This document shows, one piece after another, positions 10,396-22,807 of a DNA stretch of 64,000 nt. A model generated the notes under the pieces. The model was not told the origin of the DNA. It saw only the letters and a program-made list of their open reading frames with translations, and did not search any database. This stretch comes from Rebecca billardiae RCC1528 (lineage: Eukaryota; Protista; Haptophyta): the NCBI GenBank assembly GCA_965240325.2, contig OZ251225.1, forward strand, positions 2,976,001 through 3,040,000, given 5' to 3'. Each line of letters begins with the position of its first letter. Positions within the stretch are counted from its first letter, which is position 1. A program made the translations under genes and the position numbers.

Positions 10396-10507
10396 TTGTT
10401 GGCTCAGAACAATCGGTGCGGGCGGTCCAGCGACAGACAGCAGCTTCGCGGCGCAGCGCGTCACACACGCAGTCTGACTCAGGGTGAGACTGTGGCAGCG
10501 TGCTCGA

Positions 10508-10541
10508 AGAGAGAGAGAGAGAGAGAGAGCTATAGAGAGAG
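10508..10541. repeat. (GA)n microsatellite
   Basis: Direct reading. Confidence 0.9.
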
Positions 10542-12590
10542 CAGACGCACGAGAGCTAATAAATGCTCGTGAGAGGAGCAGTCCGAGGTAGTATTATTGA
10601 TAATTACTCATTTAATTTTAAAAAAATCACATATATAAGTATGTAAAAAGCGCGTTACTATACAGTACGTTACACGGCGGTTACACTTACAACCTGAACG
10701 ACCTGAAGTCCACTGGGGATTTGGGCTGCTCGCGTGTTTTGCCCCTGCGGAGGCTTCGGGCACTGCTGGACGACCAGTGATACAATGCGAACCTGGCTGG
10801 TACTCACTCAGCTCCCGCACATATTATTATAAATAATTTCGCACTCGCTTACTGTGTGAAGGATGGCGCGGCAACCTGCCACCGTGAGCCTTACGCGCGT
10901 TAAAACAAATAGACTGTAGTAACGATTAACTCGCGACGGTGCGATGACCCGGGGCTGTGCCCGACGAGTAACGATATGGCGGCGTATGTTAGTCGTTAGA
11001 GGAGAGTACTGCATGGTCAGACAGGCGCCGTGCGGCGCCATCAATAAATAAATGATCTGCTACGCCGATCTTCGGGTAGCTAAACAACGAAGTTGAGGCG
11101 GCGCACGGCGGCCCTAACGTGAACCATAGTTGTCGCGTTCACGAATCAATCACGCGCTGACGCCGAGCTCGTGAGCAGCTGCCGGCTTGTGACAGACACG
11201 GTCACGGTCGGACGGTACTCGACGGTGCATGAGCCGTGCAGCCGAGTCAGCCGACCATGCTGCTCAGTGTAACGGCGACGCAGCGAGGCAGCGAGGCAGA
11301 GCGGCGCGCAAGATCCGACCTCACGGCCGCAGGAGCGCACGGCGCGAGCGGCCCGGCCGCCGTCGTGCCGGTGCACGGCGGCGAGCAGCCGAGCCGACAG
11401 GGTACTGTAGGATAACCGCGACCGATGGCCCCGATGGACTTGCGCCGACCCGATGACTGATGAGCCGACCCGTGGGCACCGCCACACATTGAACATGCGC
11501 GGGCTGCTGCCACAGGGAGGCCCGGGCGGCAGCTTGCTGAATTCTCCTATTCACGAATCGAACATTTTCGCTCGTGAAAAATACCCGGAAAGCTCAGCTG
11601 TGCAAAGCTGTCATAATATATGGCCCAACCGCCGCGGACAAGTCGCCATCAACAAACTCGGATCGCTATATATTAATCAATGGGGGGGGGGTCAAGGGTC
11701 GTACGTGAAGCGGTAGAAATTCTTATGCTCATGATCGAGATTTTCAGGCCCGGCCATCATTCGTTGATGAGTGAATTGATCGATGACTCATCAACAAATG
11801 GTCATATGGGGGTATGCATCAAGCTGTCCCAGATGACGCCGGTCGAGAGCAAGAATGTTCGCCTTCAGGATATTGTGTCGTTCATCTGAAATACAAGAAT
11901 TGGATTGCCACCCGCGCATTGACCTCGAATCAGTATAGACCAAAAGTATATCGGCAAGAGAATCACGAACGGCCCACCATATGAGAAAGGTGCAGGCGTC
12001 TTTTTTCCTATTTGAGTTCCATTTCTTCTATAACTTACTATCTTAAAAATAAAAGGCAGTAGAAACGCAATCAACTGAATCTAATCAAGGGCAGTGCAAT
12101 CCACTCAAATGCGCGTTTCACACCTAATAAATCCACCTACAAAATCCCCAATAATAAAATCCTGCTCGCGCATGCTCTTTTTGGATTTTGCGGGCGTCAC
12201 CCCCCCCCCCCCCCCCCCCGGCTTTCGCTCACGCTCAGACCTTCCGCTCCGGGGGGCGTGCGCGCCATAATACTAGCTAGTCGTCCGCCGCCGGTTTTGT
12301 CATCGCGCGTTTCTGCGAGACGAACGACCGCCGATCGTCGATCTCGGCGGGCGGCTGATGCCTCATTGATCAGCAGACGACTTGTCAGTCGTCCCGGACT
12401 GCCGCAGTCAGTGCCGCACTGTCCGCGTCGTCAGCGCATCATCTTCGGAGTGCGTGTCGCGATCGGCTGATCGCGTCCACTCACCTGCGGGGCTCTGCTG
12501 ACTGCTCCGACGACGATCATCCGCCGCGATGACTTTTACCGGCGGATATTATGATTCTCGCAGCAAGACTACTCGCTCCAGCTCTCTCTC

Positions 12591-14207
12591 TCACGTCGTG
12601 TCGTCAGCCGTCCCGCAGCAGGTCCCCTCTGAGATGCGCTGCCATTCCTTGCAGTGCTGCCTGTGCGCCTTCCACGCCAGCCCCAGGTGGTCGTACGAGC
12701 AGAACACCGCCACACGACACTTGCCGCACTTCTTCAAGGCTCGACTCCCGCGACGGCCCGCCTGTGCCTGTGCACACACCATGCAGCACTTGGACACCAC
12801 CTCGCGATCCCCCGCAAACTCGGCGGCGAGCATTTTCGCAGGGTCGAGATCGGTGTCGAGCTCGTGCGCACGGCGCAGCAGCCGCGCGCCCTCCTTCACA
12901 CTGCGCTCCACTCCGTCACCCGAAAGTGTCAGTCGCCCAAGCTGGTACGAAGCGGCTGGCCAATCGGCATCTGTGGCCAGCCGGTACCACCGCGCCGCCT
13001 CGGCCATGTCCTGCGGCACGCCCTCGCCCTTCTCGCAGCACACACCCAGGTTGAACTGCGCAGTTGCGTGGCCCTGCTCAGCCGCCAGCCGGTACCACCG
13101 CGCTGCCTCGGCCATGTCCTGCGGCACGCCCTCGCCCTTCCGAAAGCACATGCCCAGGTTGTACTGCGCGCCTGCGACGCCCTGCTCGGCCGCCAGCCGG
13201 TACCAGCGCGCCGCCTTGGCCATGTCCTGCGGCACGCCCTCGCCCTTCCGAAAGCACATGCCCAGGTTGTACTGCGCGCCTGCGACGCCCTGCTCGGCCG
13301 CCAGCCGGTACCAGCGCGCCGCCTTGGCCATGTCCTGCGGCACGCCCTCGCCCTTCGAGCAGCACACGCCCAGGTTGTACTGCGCGAATGCGTTGCCCTG
13401 CTCGGCCGCCAGCCGGTACCAGCGCGCCGCCTCGGCCATGTCCTGCGGCACGCCCTCGCCCTTCTCGCAGCACCAGCCCAGGTTGTGCTGCGCACCTGCA
13501 TCGCCCTGCTCGGCCGCCAGCCGGTACCACCGCGCCGCCTCGGCCATGTCCTGCGGCACGCCCTCGCCATTCTCGCAGCACACGCCCAGGTTGCACTGCG
13601 CGGCTGCGTCGCCCTGCTCAGCCGCCAGCCGGTACCACCGCGCCGCCTCGGCCATGTCCTGCGGCACGCCCTCGCCCTTCTTACAGCAGACGCCCAGGTT
13701 GAACTGCGCGTCTGCGAAGCCCTGCTCGGCCGCCAGCCGGTACCACCGCGCCGCCTCGGCCATGTCCTGCGGCACGCCCTCGCCATTCTCGCAGCACCAG
13801 CCCATGCTGCACTGCGCATCTGCGTCGCCCTGCTCGGCCGCCAGCCGGTACCAGCGCGCCGCCTCGGCCATGTCCTGCGGCACGCCCTCGCCCTTCGAGC
13901 AGCACGCGCCCAGATTGCACTGCGCTAATGCGTGGCCCTGCTCGGCCGCCAGCCGGTACCAGTGCACTGCCTCAACCAGATCGCGGTCCAGCCCGCGCTC
14001 GCCCTGGTAATGAAGAACGCCAAGCCTGAACTCTGCGTCTGCAAGCCCACGTTCGGCGGCGACGTGCCACAGGCGCATCGCCTCGCTCCAATTCCGAGCG
14101 ACGCCGTCTCCGCGGGCAAAGCGATTCGCCAGAACGTACGTGGCACGCGCATCACCTCGCGCCGATCTGCGCCGAAGGGAATTGACCGAGGCGCTGGTTT
14201 CATCCAT
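12591..14207 (-). CDS. Sel1-like repeat protein with C-terminal MYND-type zinc finger (9 near-identical 36-aa units)
   Basis: AQxNLGxCxxxGEGVPQDMAEAARWYRLAAEQG repeats; CMVC...CGKC...FCSYDHLGLAWKAHRQHC. Confidence 0.92.
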   Translation of the reverse strand: MDETSASVNSLRRRSARGDARATYVLANRFARGDGVARNWSEAMRLWHVAAERGLADAEFRLGVLHYQGERGLDRDLVEAVHWYRLAAEQGHALAQCNLGACCSKGEGVPQDMAEAARWYRLAAEQGDADAQCSMGWCCENGEGVPQDMAEAARWYRLAAEQGFADAQFNLGVCCKKGEGVPQDMAEAARWYRLAAEQGDAAAQCNLGVCCENGEGVPQDMAEAARWYRLAAEQGDAGAQHNLGWCCEKGEGVPQDMAEAARWYRLAAEQGNAFAQYNLGVCCSKGEGVPQDMAKAARWYRLAAEQGVAGAQYNLGMCFRKGEGVPQDMAKAARWYRLAAEQGVAGAQYNLGMCFRKGEGVPQDMAEAARWYRLAAEQGHATAQFNLGVCCEKGEGVPQDMAEAARWYRLATDADWPAASYQLGRLTLSGDGVERSVKEGARLLRRAHELDTDLDPAKMLAAEFAGDREVVSKCCMVCAQAQAGRRGSRALKKCGKCRVAVFCSYDHLGLAWKAHRQHCKEWQRISEGTCCGTADDTT

Positions 14208-14763
14208 CTGTGCGTGCGGCTCCTGCTTCCTCGTCGAGGCTCGGTGAGGCGCGCGCGGTGCGCTGTCGCCCTCTTACATCAGTAGTCCGGAACCGTCCGG
14301 AACTGGAGTGCGCCGCGCGAAAATGACCGTTGTCAAGTGGTGCCACTGCCGGCCGTTACTTGCGTTAGCAACCGACGTACTATCTAACTTTCGATCTAGT
14401 AACACTCATAGACAGATGTACTGAGTACTCAGTCGTCGATCGATCCACCTTCGCCTGCCATTTCCGCGCACAATCATGCGGGCCAGAAGGGACTGACCGA
14501 CGTCACACGGCCGGGCCGCGCAGGCAGGGCTGCCGTCAGGCCTCAGGGCCAGCCGTCTCCGTACGCGGGGCCGTCTGCTGAGTGGTGATGAACGACCGAA
14601 GGGCGAAGGCCCGTGGTATGTACTCATCTGCAGCCGCACCGGCTGAGCCGGCGGCTGAGCCGGACAGTGATCGCCCGGGCAAACCGAGCGCGCAGCAGGG
14701 CGCACGTCTGACGTCAAAGCTCGTGCGGCTGGCCTCGGCCTCGCGCCCGCTGCCTTGGCATCG

Positions 14764-15615
14764 TCAGAGCCCATGCGGCACTGCGAGCGTACTGCTCCAT
14801 ATGGCCAGCCCATGGCAGGTGTGCCACGAGCCGATGGCCGTGCCCACGTGCATCAGGGTGTGAGAGCTCGGGCCAAGATCGAAGGCCCCCGGCATGAATC
14901 GCTCAGGCACTCGCAGCACGTACGCAGTGCCGCCGATCAGCGATGGGATGAGCGCACCGGCGGCGTAACGCATCACTGTGCGCGCGAGTGGTGAGCCGGG
15001 GGCCCGCAGGACGAGACGCGCGACCGGTGATGCGGCGAGCAGCATCTGCAAACCGAGCGCTGTTCCGTTCACAAGCTTGCTCGAAGACACGCGGCCACAG
15101 ATCGCGCGGATGGTGACCGCGCAGCAGATGGCCATCACGGCGACGACGAGAGCGCACGCGGCGGGCTGCGCTGTGCCAAACTCGAGCACGGCGGCGCAAG
15201 CGCCAGAAGCGAGGAACATGATCGCGATCGCCGCCTTGTCTGCGCGGAAGAGCATCAGCGACACGCGCTCGGAGACGACGCCAAACGTGTGCGCTGTCGC
15301 CGAGATCCAGTACAGCCCCGCATGCACGGCCGTGCATGCGCGCACTAAGGGCGTGGCTCCGCTGACAGGCGGCCAGAGAGCGACGACGGCGAGGAAGTAG
15401 AACGCCGCGAGCAGGTGTGTCCAGATGTTCCAGGTCTCATTGTGCAGCTCGAATGCTGATGCTGCGGCAGGGCCAAAAGCTCGGTACTCCTCGCCACGGT
15501 AGCCCGAGAGGATGAAGGGCTCCTTGTCTAAGGCATCGCGGCGAGACAGCTGCTCAGCCCCGGCCTTGGCTGCAGAGCCACCTGCCGCCTCTGCGAGCGG
15601 GCGACGTCGGACCAT
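14764..15615 (-). CDS. PAQR / haemolysin-III family (adiponectin-receptor-like) membrane protein
   Basis: ILSGYR, HNETWNIWTHL, SATAHTF, PERFMPGAFDLGPSSHTLMH; about 7 TM helices; start codon uncertain. Confidence 0.9.
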   Translation of the reverse strand: MVRRRPLAEAAGGSAAKAGAEQLSRRDALDKEPFILSGYRGEEYRAFGPAAASAFELHNETWNIWTHLLAAFYFLAVVALWPPVSGATPLVRACTAVHAGLYWISATAHTFGVVSERVSLMLFRADKAAIAIMFLASGACAAVLEFGTAQPAACALVVAVMAICCAVTIRAICGRVSSSKLVNGTALGLQMLLAASPVARLVLRAPGSPLARTVMRYAAGALIPSLIGGTAYVLRVPERFMPGAFDLGPSSHTLMHVGTAIGSWHTCHGLAIWSSTLAVPHGL

Positions 15616-15971
15616 CGCGGGTGCCAAAGGTGAGGTCCCACCGCTACCTTACTCCGGTGACTCCATAGATTCCACGCGCGGCGGCGCCGCGCGACGAAGC
15701 TCTGCATCAAGCTCCGGTTCAAGAGAGAACAACACCGAAGCAGTTTTCGCATCTGCTTCTTTTCCGACTACTTTTCGCCAGCCACTGCCGGTTGTATCGT
15801 GGCGTCCTTGGCGCGCCGAGGGCCGACGGGCGTGGTGCCGCCATCGCGAGGCGTCGCGTGACGCCGCGCCGTGCCCACCACGTCCCCCGGCGTTGGCGGG
15901 CGGCTCGACGCATGAGACGAGGCATAGGCCGTTGGCGTGAAGCCCGGCTCTCGCGCGTGCAGAGGGCTCCG

Positions 15972-17492
15972 ATGGCCCTGCGCGTTCTTCTTTGGGCGTT
16001 GCTCGCGGGCGCGCCTTGGATCACCCTCGGCGTCAGGCCGGAGCCGGAGCAGCAGCCGCTCGAGAGGTTCATCGTGTACACACGCCTGCACTTCGACATG
16101 CCGTATGTGAGCCAGTTCGTGGACTGGTACGTCAGCCTTGGATTCGACCGCATCGTCGCGATCCAGTCCGATGCGGCGCTGGGCAACGCGTACGCGCCCC
16201 ACCCATCGGGCAAGCTGCAGATTCTGCCCGCGTCGTGGGACAGGGGCGACACGCTGCTCCGAGAGTTTAGCCAGCACATTCTGACCGGCGACTACCGCGA
16301 CTGGGTCCTCATGGTAGACTCTGACGAGTTCCTCGTGCTCTCGCAGCCGACCATCCAGGCGTACATGGACTCGCTGCGCGCCGGCCGGCCGTGGAGGGAG
16401 GCGAGGCGCCTCACGAGCGTTCAATTCCGCTGGGCCATCGTGCACCACGATCGGCCCTACTGCGCGCCTGCGATGGCGGCAGCCATCTTGGCGGCCCAGC
16501 CCGCACAGGGCACCTTCCTCCGGCAGATGGCGCGGAGTGACGTGATTCGCGACGTGTTCGACTCGCACCGGTACGCGTTAATACGGATGTACGAGTATAA
16601 TCACTTCGAGGGGGTCGAGCAGCGGATGGATCTCCGGCGGTACCGTGGGTCCACCGCGCACAGCGCCCGCGCCTTTGTCGACTCGGCGGTGGTGCACGTG
16701 GCCACCCGCTCGCTCGCCAACGCGGTGACCAAGCAGCTGGCCCACGCTCACGCCCGAGCCGTGCGCCCCGCCAACGAGTCGTCAAGGCTTGGCGCGCTCG
16801 AGAACAGGTACAACGCCTCCACTGCCAGGCTGGTGCGGCTCATGCACGAGCTCGGCGCGCACACGCCGCCACCGCCCGGCGCCGACGTCGCTGGCCGGCC
16901 GGTGGGGCTGTCCACGGACGACCGAGCCGCGCAGCTGCAGCTCTTTGCCGCCTGGCTGCGCGCGTACGGTGTCAAGGGCGGCGACGCGATCAGCGGGCCG
17001 ACCTCGCTGCGGAGAGGCGACATGGCGGCGTGGGACTGCGGCTACAACCAGTCCGACCTGAACGCGCGCCTGCTGCGCCTGCTCGAGACCTCTCGCGTGC
17101 CCCGCGAGCAGCCCCTGTGCGACGCCGCGCACGAGAGGCGCGCGCTGCAGGCGCTGCTCCGCAAGGAGGGCCTGAGCATCGACGAGTTTGAGCGCTTCGC
17201 GGCGCGGATTGCGGCCGCGCACGCCGAGGTGCTCTCCGCAGTGCGGCGGAAGCCCTTCGCGCCGCTTCCCGCTGAGATCGCAGCAGTGCTGGGCGAGATC
17301 AGCTCTCATCCGAACGCACCGAAGCTGCGGCGGGTTGCCAATGCGACGAGTAACACCACGGAGTGGCAGCTCTTTGTCCCCACCGCGTCGGCTGCAGCAC
17401 CGAGTCATGGTGACGCTGGCGGATGGCCCGAAAGAAATCCGGCCATGTGCGTCCCTTGGGACTTGCCGCTGATCGTCCGGCGTCTTTGGTGA
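15972..17492 (+). CDS. Glycosyltransferase (GT2-like / GT92-like) with N-terminal signal or anchor
   Basis: MALRVLLWALLAG; FVDWYVSLGFDRI; DWVLMVDSDEFL (DxD). Confidence 0.7.
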   Translation: MALRVLLWALLAGAPWITLGVRPEPEQQPLERFIVYTRLHFDMPYVSQFVDWYVSLGFDRIVAIQSDAALGNAYAPHPSGKLQILPASWDRGDTLLREFSQHILTGDYRDWVLMVDSDEFLVLSQPTIQAYMDSLRAGRPWREARRLTSVQFRWAIVHHDRPYCAPAMAAAILAAQPAQGTFLRQMARSDVIRDVFDSHRYALIRMYEYNHFEGVEQRMDLRRYRGSTAHSARAFVDSAVVHVATRSLANAVTKQLAHAHARAVRPANESSRLGALENRYNASTARLVRLMHELGAHTPPPPGADVAGRPVGLSTDDRAAQLQLFAAWLRAYGVKGGDAISGPTSLRRGDMAAWDCGYNQSDLNARLLRLLETSRVPREQPLCDAAHERRALQALLRKEGLSIDEFERFAARIAAAHAEVLSAVRRKPFAPLPAEIAAVLGEISSHPNAPKLRRVANATSNTTEWQLFVPTASAAAPSHGDAGGWPERNPAMCVPWDLPLIVRRLW

Positions 17493-17856
17493 CACTCTAT
17501 CATCGTCTAGCTTCAATGAGTAAATAGCAGACTCATGAGCGGTGATCTGTTCACCGTCCGACGTCAGCACATATATATATCATCGTCTGCTTGATGAGCC
17601 CCGGTGGCGGCCCTGCATGGCGGCCCGCCCGGTACCGGGCCGGGCCGGCCGGCCCGGAGGCGGAGAGGCCGGAGACCGTGGTACCGCAGCCGCTCTCCGT
17701 GCGTCGAGTGACGTGACTACACGTGTGCTGACGTGCGGGCCGCGGCGACCAGGCGGCCACTGTCCCGCCCAATGATGAGTGCGTATTCTTACACGTGCTC
17801 GGCCGGCGTCCAGCTCGTCCCCAGCACAAGGCTGCATTGGCGAGGCGGAGGCGGGC

Positions 17857-19506
17857 TCAGAAGCGCTTCGGCTCCTTCACCGGCGTGAAGTTGACAGGGT
17901 GCGACTGCGGCGTGGCGTGCGCGTCCTCCTTCCACACCTTGATCGTCTTGTCCGCCTCGCCGGTGAGCAGCCGCGCGCCCGAGCTGCGGACGCGCGCGCG
18001 CGGCGCAGGCACGGCGTGAGCGCGGGCGCGCGGGCGCGCCCGCCACGGCCCTCGCTCGCAGGCTGCGGCGCGCGCACCGGTCAAAGGTGGTCGCAAAGAT
18101 GCCGTGCTCGCTCTCGAGCGAGCCCGGCTGCGCGATGGTCATCTGCTGCTGGAAGCAGTGGCCGGTCTTCCAGTCCCAGAAGTGCATGGTGCCGTCGTTG
18201 CCGCCCGAGACGAGCACGCCGTCCTGGTTCACGGCGAGCGCGTTGAGGATGGTGTTGTGCCCGCTCAGGTTGTGCATGAACTCGCCGTCCGGACACCTCC
18301 ACTTTTTGATGTTGTCCGCCGAGCCCGTCGCAAACGAGTACTCGGACGGGTGCAGGGCGAGCGCGCGCACGGACTTCTTGTGGTTGGTGAGGGTCGCGCG
18401 CGTCTTGCCCGCCTTGAGGTCGTACAGGCGCACGGTCGAGTCCATCGAGCCCGAGATCACCTGCGGCTCCGCCGCCTGCGTCTCGAGCGAGACCACCGTG
18501 TTCTTGTGCCCGCTCAGGACGAACACAGGCGCGCGCGTGCGCACGTCCCACACGCGCACGACCGAGTCGCGCCCTCCGGTGCACAGCACGTCGATGGTCG
18601 GGTGGAGCGAGGCGCAGTACACGCCCGAGAGGTGGCCGTGGTACGCGCGCACCTGCCGGTTCGTCTCCAGGTCCCAGCACTTCACCATCTTGTCCTCGCC
18701 CGCCGAGAAGATGTATGGGTGCCGGTCCGAGATGCAGAGCGCGCGGATCGCCGAGATGTGCCCGGTGAGGGTCAGCTTGAGAGTGCCTGCGGCGGCGCGG
18801 GAGCGGGGCCGGGAGGGTGTGAGCACGCGGCGCGAGGGCGCGGGCCCGGCAGCGGCTCGCCCCCGCGCGCGCGAGGCCATGCGCGCGCCGGCGCGACCGC
18901 GCGGCGCGGGCGCGCACCGGACGCCAGGTCCCAGATCTTAATCGTGCGGTCGGCCGAGCCGGTGGCGAACCATTCGTTGGTCGTGTCGACGGCGATGCAG
19001 CGCACCCAGCCGAGATGGCCCGAGATGACGCGCATCAGCTTCCACGGCGCGTGCCACTCGGGCTGCGGGAGCTCCCGTGCCTGGCGCTTGCCCACGAGCA
19101 GGTTGCGCCCTGGTTGTGCCGCGCCCGACCCCGCCGGCGCGCCGCCCCCGCCGCTGCCGCTCGCGCCATCGCCCGCGGGAGCAGGCCGGGCCACGAGCTG
19201 GCCTCCGGCGCCGGCCGCCGCGGTCGCGCCCGCGCCCCCGCCCGCGCCCTCGCCCGTCGGCCCTTTGAGCATGGGTGGCAGCGTGCCCTGTGCGTCGGCG
19301 CCGTTCCGCGCGGCCGCGGGCTGCGCCGGCTCCTTGGCGCTCGCGTACTCCGCCTGCACCTTGGCGGCGTGCTTGAGCATGGTCGCGGCGTGCGGCCTCT
19401 CTGGGCGTGAGCCGTAGTTCGAGAGAAACATGTCCAGCGTGCGAGTCACCGACCTCGTGCACACGGCCTCCACATCGAGGGCGACATCGCTCGCGCCGCC
19501 CGCCAT
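17857..19506 (-). CDS. PLRG1: Pleiotropic regulator 1 / Prp46 WD40 splicing factor; introns 18787-18917 and 17984-18077
   Basis: [61 protein letters not shown]; GT-AG introns restore the frame. Confidence 0.95.
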
Positions 19507-19615
19507 CGTTGGCCCAGCACGGGCGTGGTGGCACGTGCGACTTCCGCGCTGGCCGCACCCGGCCTGCCGATCGTCGCTCGAGAGCCACCGGGGACGGGGC
19601 CGGTGCGCGCGCGAT

Positions 19616-21130
19616 ATGCCGTGGCTGGCGACGCGCTGGGCACGGCCGATGCGCGCGCACGTGCCGGCGAGGGGGCTGAGCACGCTGCGCCAGCGCATTC
19701 CGAGCTGTGGCTTCCGCCTCATCCGCCATGACTGCGCGAGCGGGGGCCTGGCGATCCGCGACGGCAGCGAGCAGCTGGCCGGCGACGACCACATCCCGCC
19801 GTCTGGGCTGTTGTGGATGCAGCGCTCAGCCATGGCCGCGATCCTGCCGAAGGGGTTCCCCCGCTCGGTCAGCGCGAACTACTTCAACTACGTGCAGTGG
19901 ACGGCGCTCAGCCTCTTCACCGGCCGCGTGCAGGCCGTGCTCGCGACGCAGGCCATGCTGTTTGCGATCGGGCTGGGCAAGGGCGCGGTGCCGATGGCTG
20001 CGGCGATCCAGTGGGTGCTCAAGGACGGGATCGGCCACCTGGGCGCGATCGTGTACGCCGCGTCTGTCAACACGCGCTTCGACGCCGAGGCCAAGCGCTA
20101 CCGCTTCCAGGCGACGGTCGCGCTCACGTTTGCCGACTTTGTCGCGGTCGCGATGCCGCTCGTGCCGCAGCACTTCTTCGTGCTCGCGTCCCTCTCGAGC
20201 GCGACGAGCTCGATCGCGAACCTCGCGCAGGTGGCGAGCCGCGCGCGCGTCATGTCGTCGTTCGCGCTGCAGGGCAACCTCGCCGACTGCACGCGCGCCG
20301 GGCAGACGCAGGCCAAGCTGATGTCGATCCTGGGCACGAGCGCGGGCGCCGGCCTCTCGTGGGTGATCGGACCGTCGCCGGTGCACGTGGGGATGGCGAT
20401 GCTGCCGCTGGCGGCGATCTCGCTGTACAGCACGTACGCGTCGTGCCAGCTCGTCGTGCTGCGCTCGCTCAACCTGCAGCGCGCCGAGCGCGTGTTCGAG
20501 CACATCCTGCGCGCGCACGAGCCGCTGGCGGCACGCGCCGAGGGCGACAGCGTGCTGGCGGCGTTGGCCGCACCCAATCCGGAGCAGGTGGGCAGGTCGG
20601 AGACGTTCGGGCGAGCGTACACGTCGCTCTTCAGCACGCCGATGGAGCTGCAGCCCATCATCGGCACGCCGCTCACCGGTGGCTGGCGGCTGGCGCTCCC
20701 CTTTGCAAGGCGCATCGAGCTCGGCGCTGTCGCGCAGCTTGTCGCTGGCGACGCGGGCGCTCGGCCTCACGGCTGGACCGCGGCGTGGCACGCGGGTGGG
20801 GCGTACGCGCTCGCGTGCTCGCCGGAGTACGACCGCGTCGCGGTATGGCACCGCGAAGGATCGACATCGGTGGAAAAGCTGCGCGCTGTGTGGCACGCAA
20901 GCGCGCTCAGGTGGGAGCTCGGCCGGGCATCACGCGAACGTCGGCCCGCGGATGTGGTGGCGGCGGCACACGAGGGCGCGCACCGCGCGTGGCCCAGCGT
21001 CCTAGGCGCGCTCACGGAGGCTGGCTGGTCGGTCGAGAACGTCTTCCTCGACGGCGACGGCGCGAGTCTGGCGCGTCTGCCTGCCGATGCGGCGACGGAT
21101 GGCGCCGGTGGGCCTGTCAGCAGTGCGTGA
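19616..21130 (+). CDS. RUS1 / DUF647 (root-UVB-sensitive) family protein
   Basis: [55 protein letters not shown]; start uncertain (19616, 19649 or 19832). Confidence 0.88.
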   Translation: MPWLATRWARPMRAHVPARGLSTLRQRIPSCGFRLIRHDCASGGLAIRDGSEQLAGDDHIPPSGLLWMQRSAMAAILPKGFPRSVSANYFNYVQWTALSLFTGRVQAVLATQAMLFAIGLGKGAVPMAAAIQWVLKDGIGHLGAIVYAASVNTRFDAEAKRYRFQATVALTFADFVAVAMPLVPQHFFVLASLSSATSSIANLAQVASRARVMSSFALQGNLADCTRAGQTQAKLMSILGTSAGAGLSWVIGPSPVHVGMAMLPLAAISLYSTYASCQLVVLRSLNLQRAERVFEHILRAHEPLAARAEGDSVLAALAAPNPEQVGRSETFGRAYTSLFSTPMELQPIIGTPLTGGWRLALPFARRIELGAVAQLVAGDAGARPHGWTAAWHAGGAYALACSPEYDRVAVWHREGSTSVEKLRAVWHASALRWELGRASRERRPADVVAAAHEGAHRAWPSVLGALTEAGWSVENVFLDGDGASLARLPADAATDGAGGPVSSA

Positions 21131-21278
21131 CCGCTGTCTGTCGGCGCGCTCGGTCGTAACACTCACACTGATAGCTGAGATCAAGGCTACCGGTTTAGGT
21201 TACCGTCGATCGCCGCAAGCCCGAAGTCGCAACTCGCATGCCGCCGCCGGCCAATGCTGGCAACTTTGACTGCAGCAC

Positions 21279-21388
21279 TCTCTCACTCTCTCTCGATCTC
21301 TCTCTCAGGCTCATCTCTCTCTCTCTCTCTCTCTATGATGTCATCACTGCTATGTGTGTGTGTACTGTGTGTGTGTGTGTGTACGTGA

Positions 21389-21420
<32 letters not shown>

Positions 21421-21437
21421 GTACGTGTGTGTGTGTG
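21279..21437. repeat. Compound (CT)n and (GT)n microsatellite
   Basis: Direct reading. Confidence 0.9.
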
Positions 21438-21968
21438 ACACTGCTGAGCCTGGGTCCACGGTACTGACATCGGCTCTGACACTCTCCGCCCCCCCCCCCC
21501 CCTGACGCCGCCCCGATTATTCCGATTCCGAAACGTCTCGTTCCCGAGCCGAACTTGGACAATAACCCGAAGCGGACCATGCAATGGTGATTGGTGTTCA
21601 GAGTCCAGGCTTCGGCGACCCCCGAATCAGATTGATGACTTCAACTCATCATTATTCTATGATTTAACTACACAGCAGGCCAGGACGGCGCAGGTCTCCT
21701 GATTCGTCGTCGGCAGTGCCCGGCCGGTCGTCGACACGAAGTCGAAGTCGGCGCTGGTGGCAGAGCATATAGCCTGGACCGCGATCAAATAACTGGCTTG
21801 AGCGCTGCCTTGAGCTGCTGCCGTGCTGGAGCGCAATCCACCTATCTGCGCTGCGCGGCTCGCATGGACCTGCTGTGACTATACGAGCTCAGAAATAATA
21901 ACTTTAATGGGGCGCATACCACTACCAGACCACCTCCCAACACCGGGTTCTGAGACTACTCTTGTTTA

Positions 21969-21969
21969 C

Positions 21970-22031
<62 letters not shown>
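21969..22031. repeat. Compound (TA)n(TG)n microsatellite
   Basis: Direct reading. Confidence 0.92.
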
Positions 22032-22032
<1 letters not shown>

Positions 22033-22474
22033 TTACTCCCGTCCCTTACTCATCAGACAATATCAGCAGCACAGTCCGGGAGCGTCCCGGACACCTCACT
22101 ACCTGTATACATTACATATGCGAAAATGTCACCCGGGCTGGGCAAGCTATCACGGACAGTGGCACCCTGGGGACTTTGACCCCGCGCCCCTCTCGCAGGC
22201 TCTGGCGCGCGAACGCTTTGTCACTAGTGGCCGCCGAGCCGTAGATTGGCGCTCCGTGCACCAACAAAGACATCCCCAGCCGCATGTTGCCACTCGACAC
22301 CTCGTCTCGCCTCGCGCGGAGCCAACTTGTGGTGTGCGGGAGCCACCCGTAGCACACTGGGCCGTGTAGCGACGCGCGTGGCGGGTCAACAGTGCATCGC
22401 GAAGGCGTCACACGCGCAATCATCCGTTGAGTACATACTCATGTCATTTAGTCTATTTTACATGTGCCGCGCCC

Positions 22475-22807
22475 GGCACGGCCGCGGCGGCAGTCTCAAG
22501 GCGCAGCCGCCTACCCCTCGCGGAAGGAGGCTAGCGCGTGCAGGCATGCGCCCGAAGAACGCGGCCTCGTCTACCCGTCACGGGTCGTCGCCGTGCCGTC
22601 CGCGTGACTCCGCTCGACGCGCCGCGCCGCGCGCCGCGTCCCACCGCTGGCACGTGCCCGCGGTGCCGTCCGATCACACGCTCGGGCGCGGCACGGCCGC
22701 GGCGGCAGTCTCGAGGCGCAGCCGCCTACCCCTCGCGGAGGGAGGATAGCGCGTGTAGTCCTGCGCCCGTGGAGCCAGCCCGCGGCCTCGTCTGCCCGTC
22801 ACGGGTG
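22475..22807. repeat. Diverged direct repeat, ~215-bp spacing
   Basis: ggcacggccgcggcggcagtctc(a/g)aggcgcagccgcctacccctcgcgg at 22475 and 22690. Confidence 0.75.

Noticed and set aside
7075-10464. Long antisense and alternate-frame ORFs over real genes, here and throughout the window
   Set aside because: Shadow ORFs caused by high GC and scarce stop codons; no recognisable motifs.
11455-11500. Hammerhead ribozyme (CTGATGA) here and near 46797
   Set aside because: No correctly placed GAAA or stem II could be found.
10560-12260. Transposase or gene in the lower-GC interval
   Set aside because: Short ORFs without recognisable motifs and no terminal repeats I could pair; left unannotated.
12975-13950. 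CRISPR-like repeat-spacer pattern or DGR target in the Sel1 arrays
   Set aside because: The variable halves are homologous, in-frame coding sequence; changes are not adenine-specific, and no template repeat or DGR RT is present.
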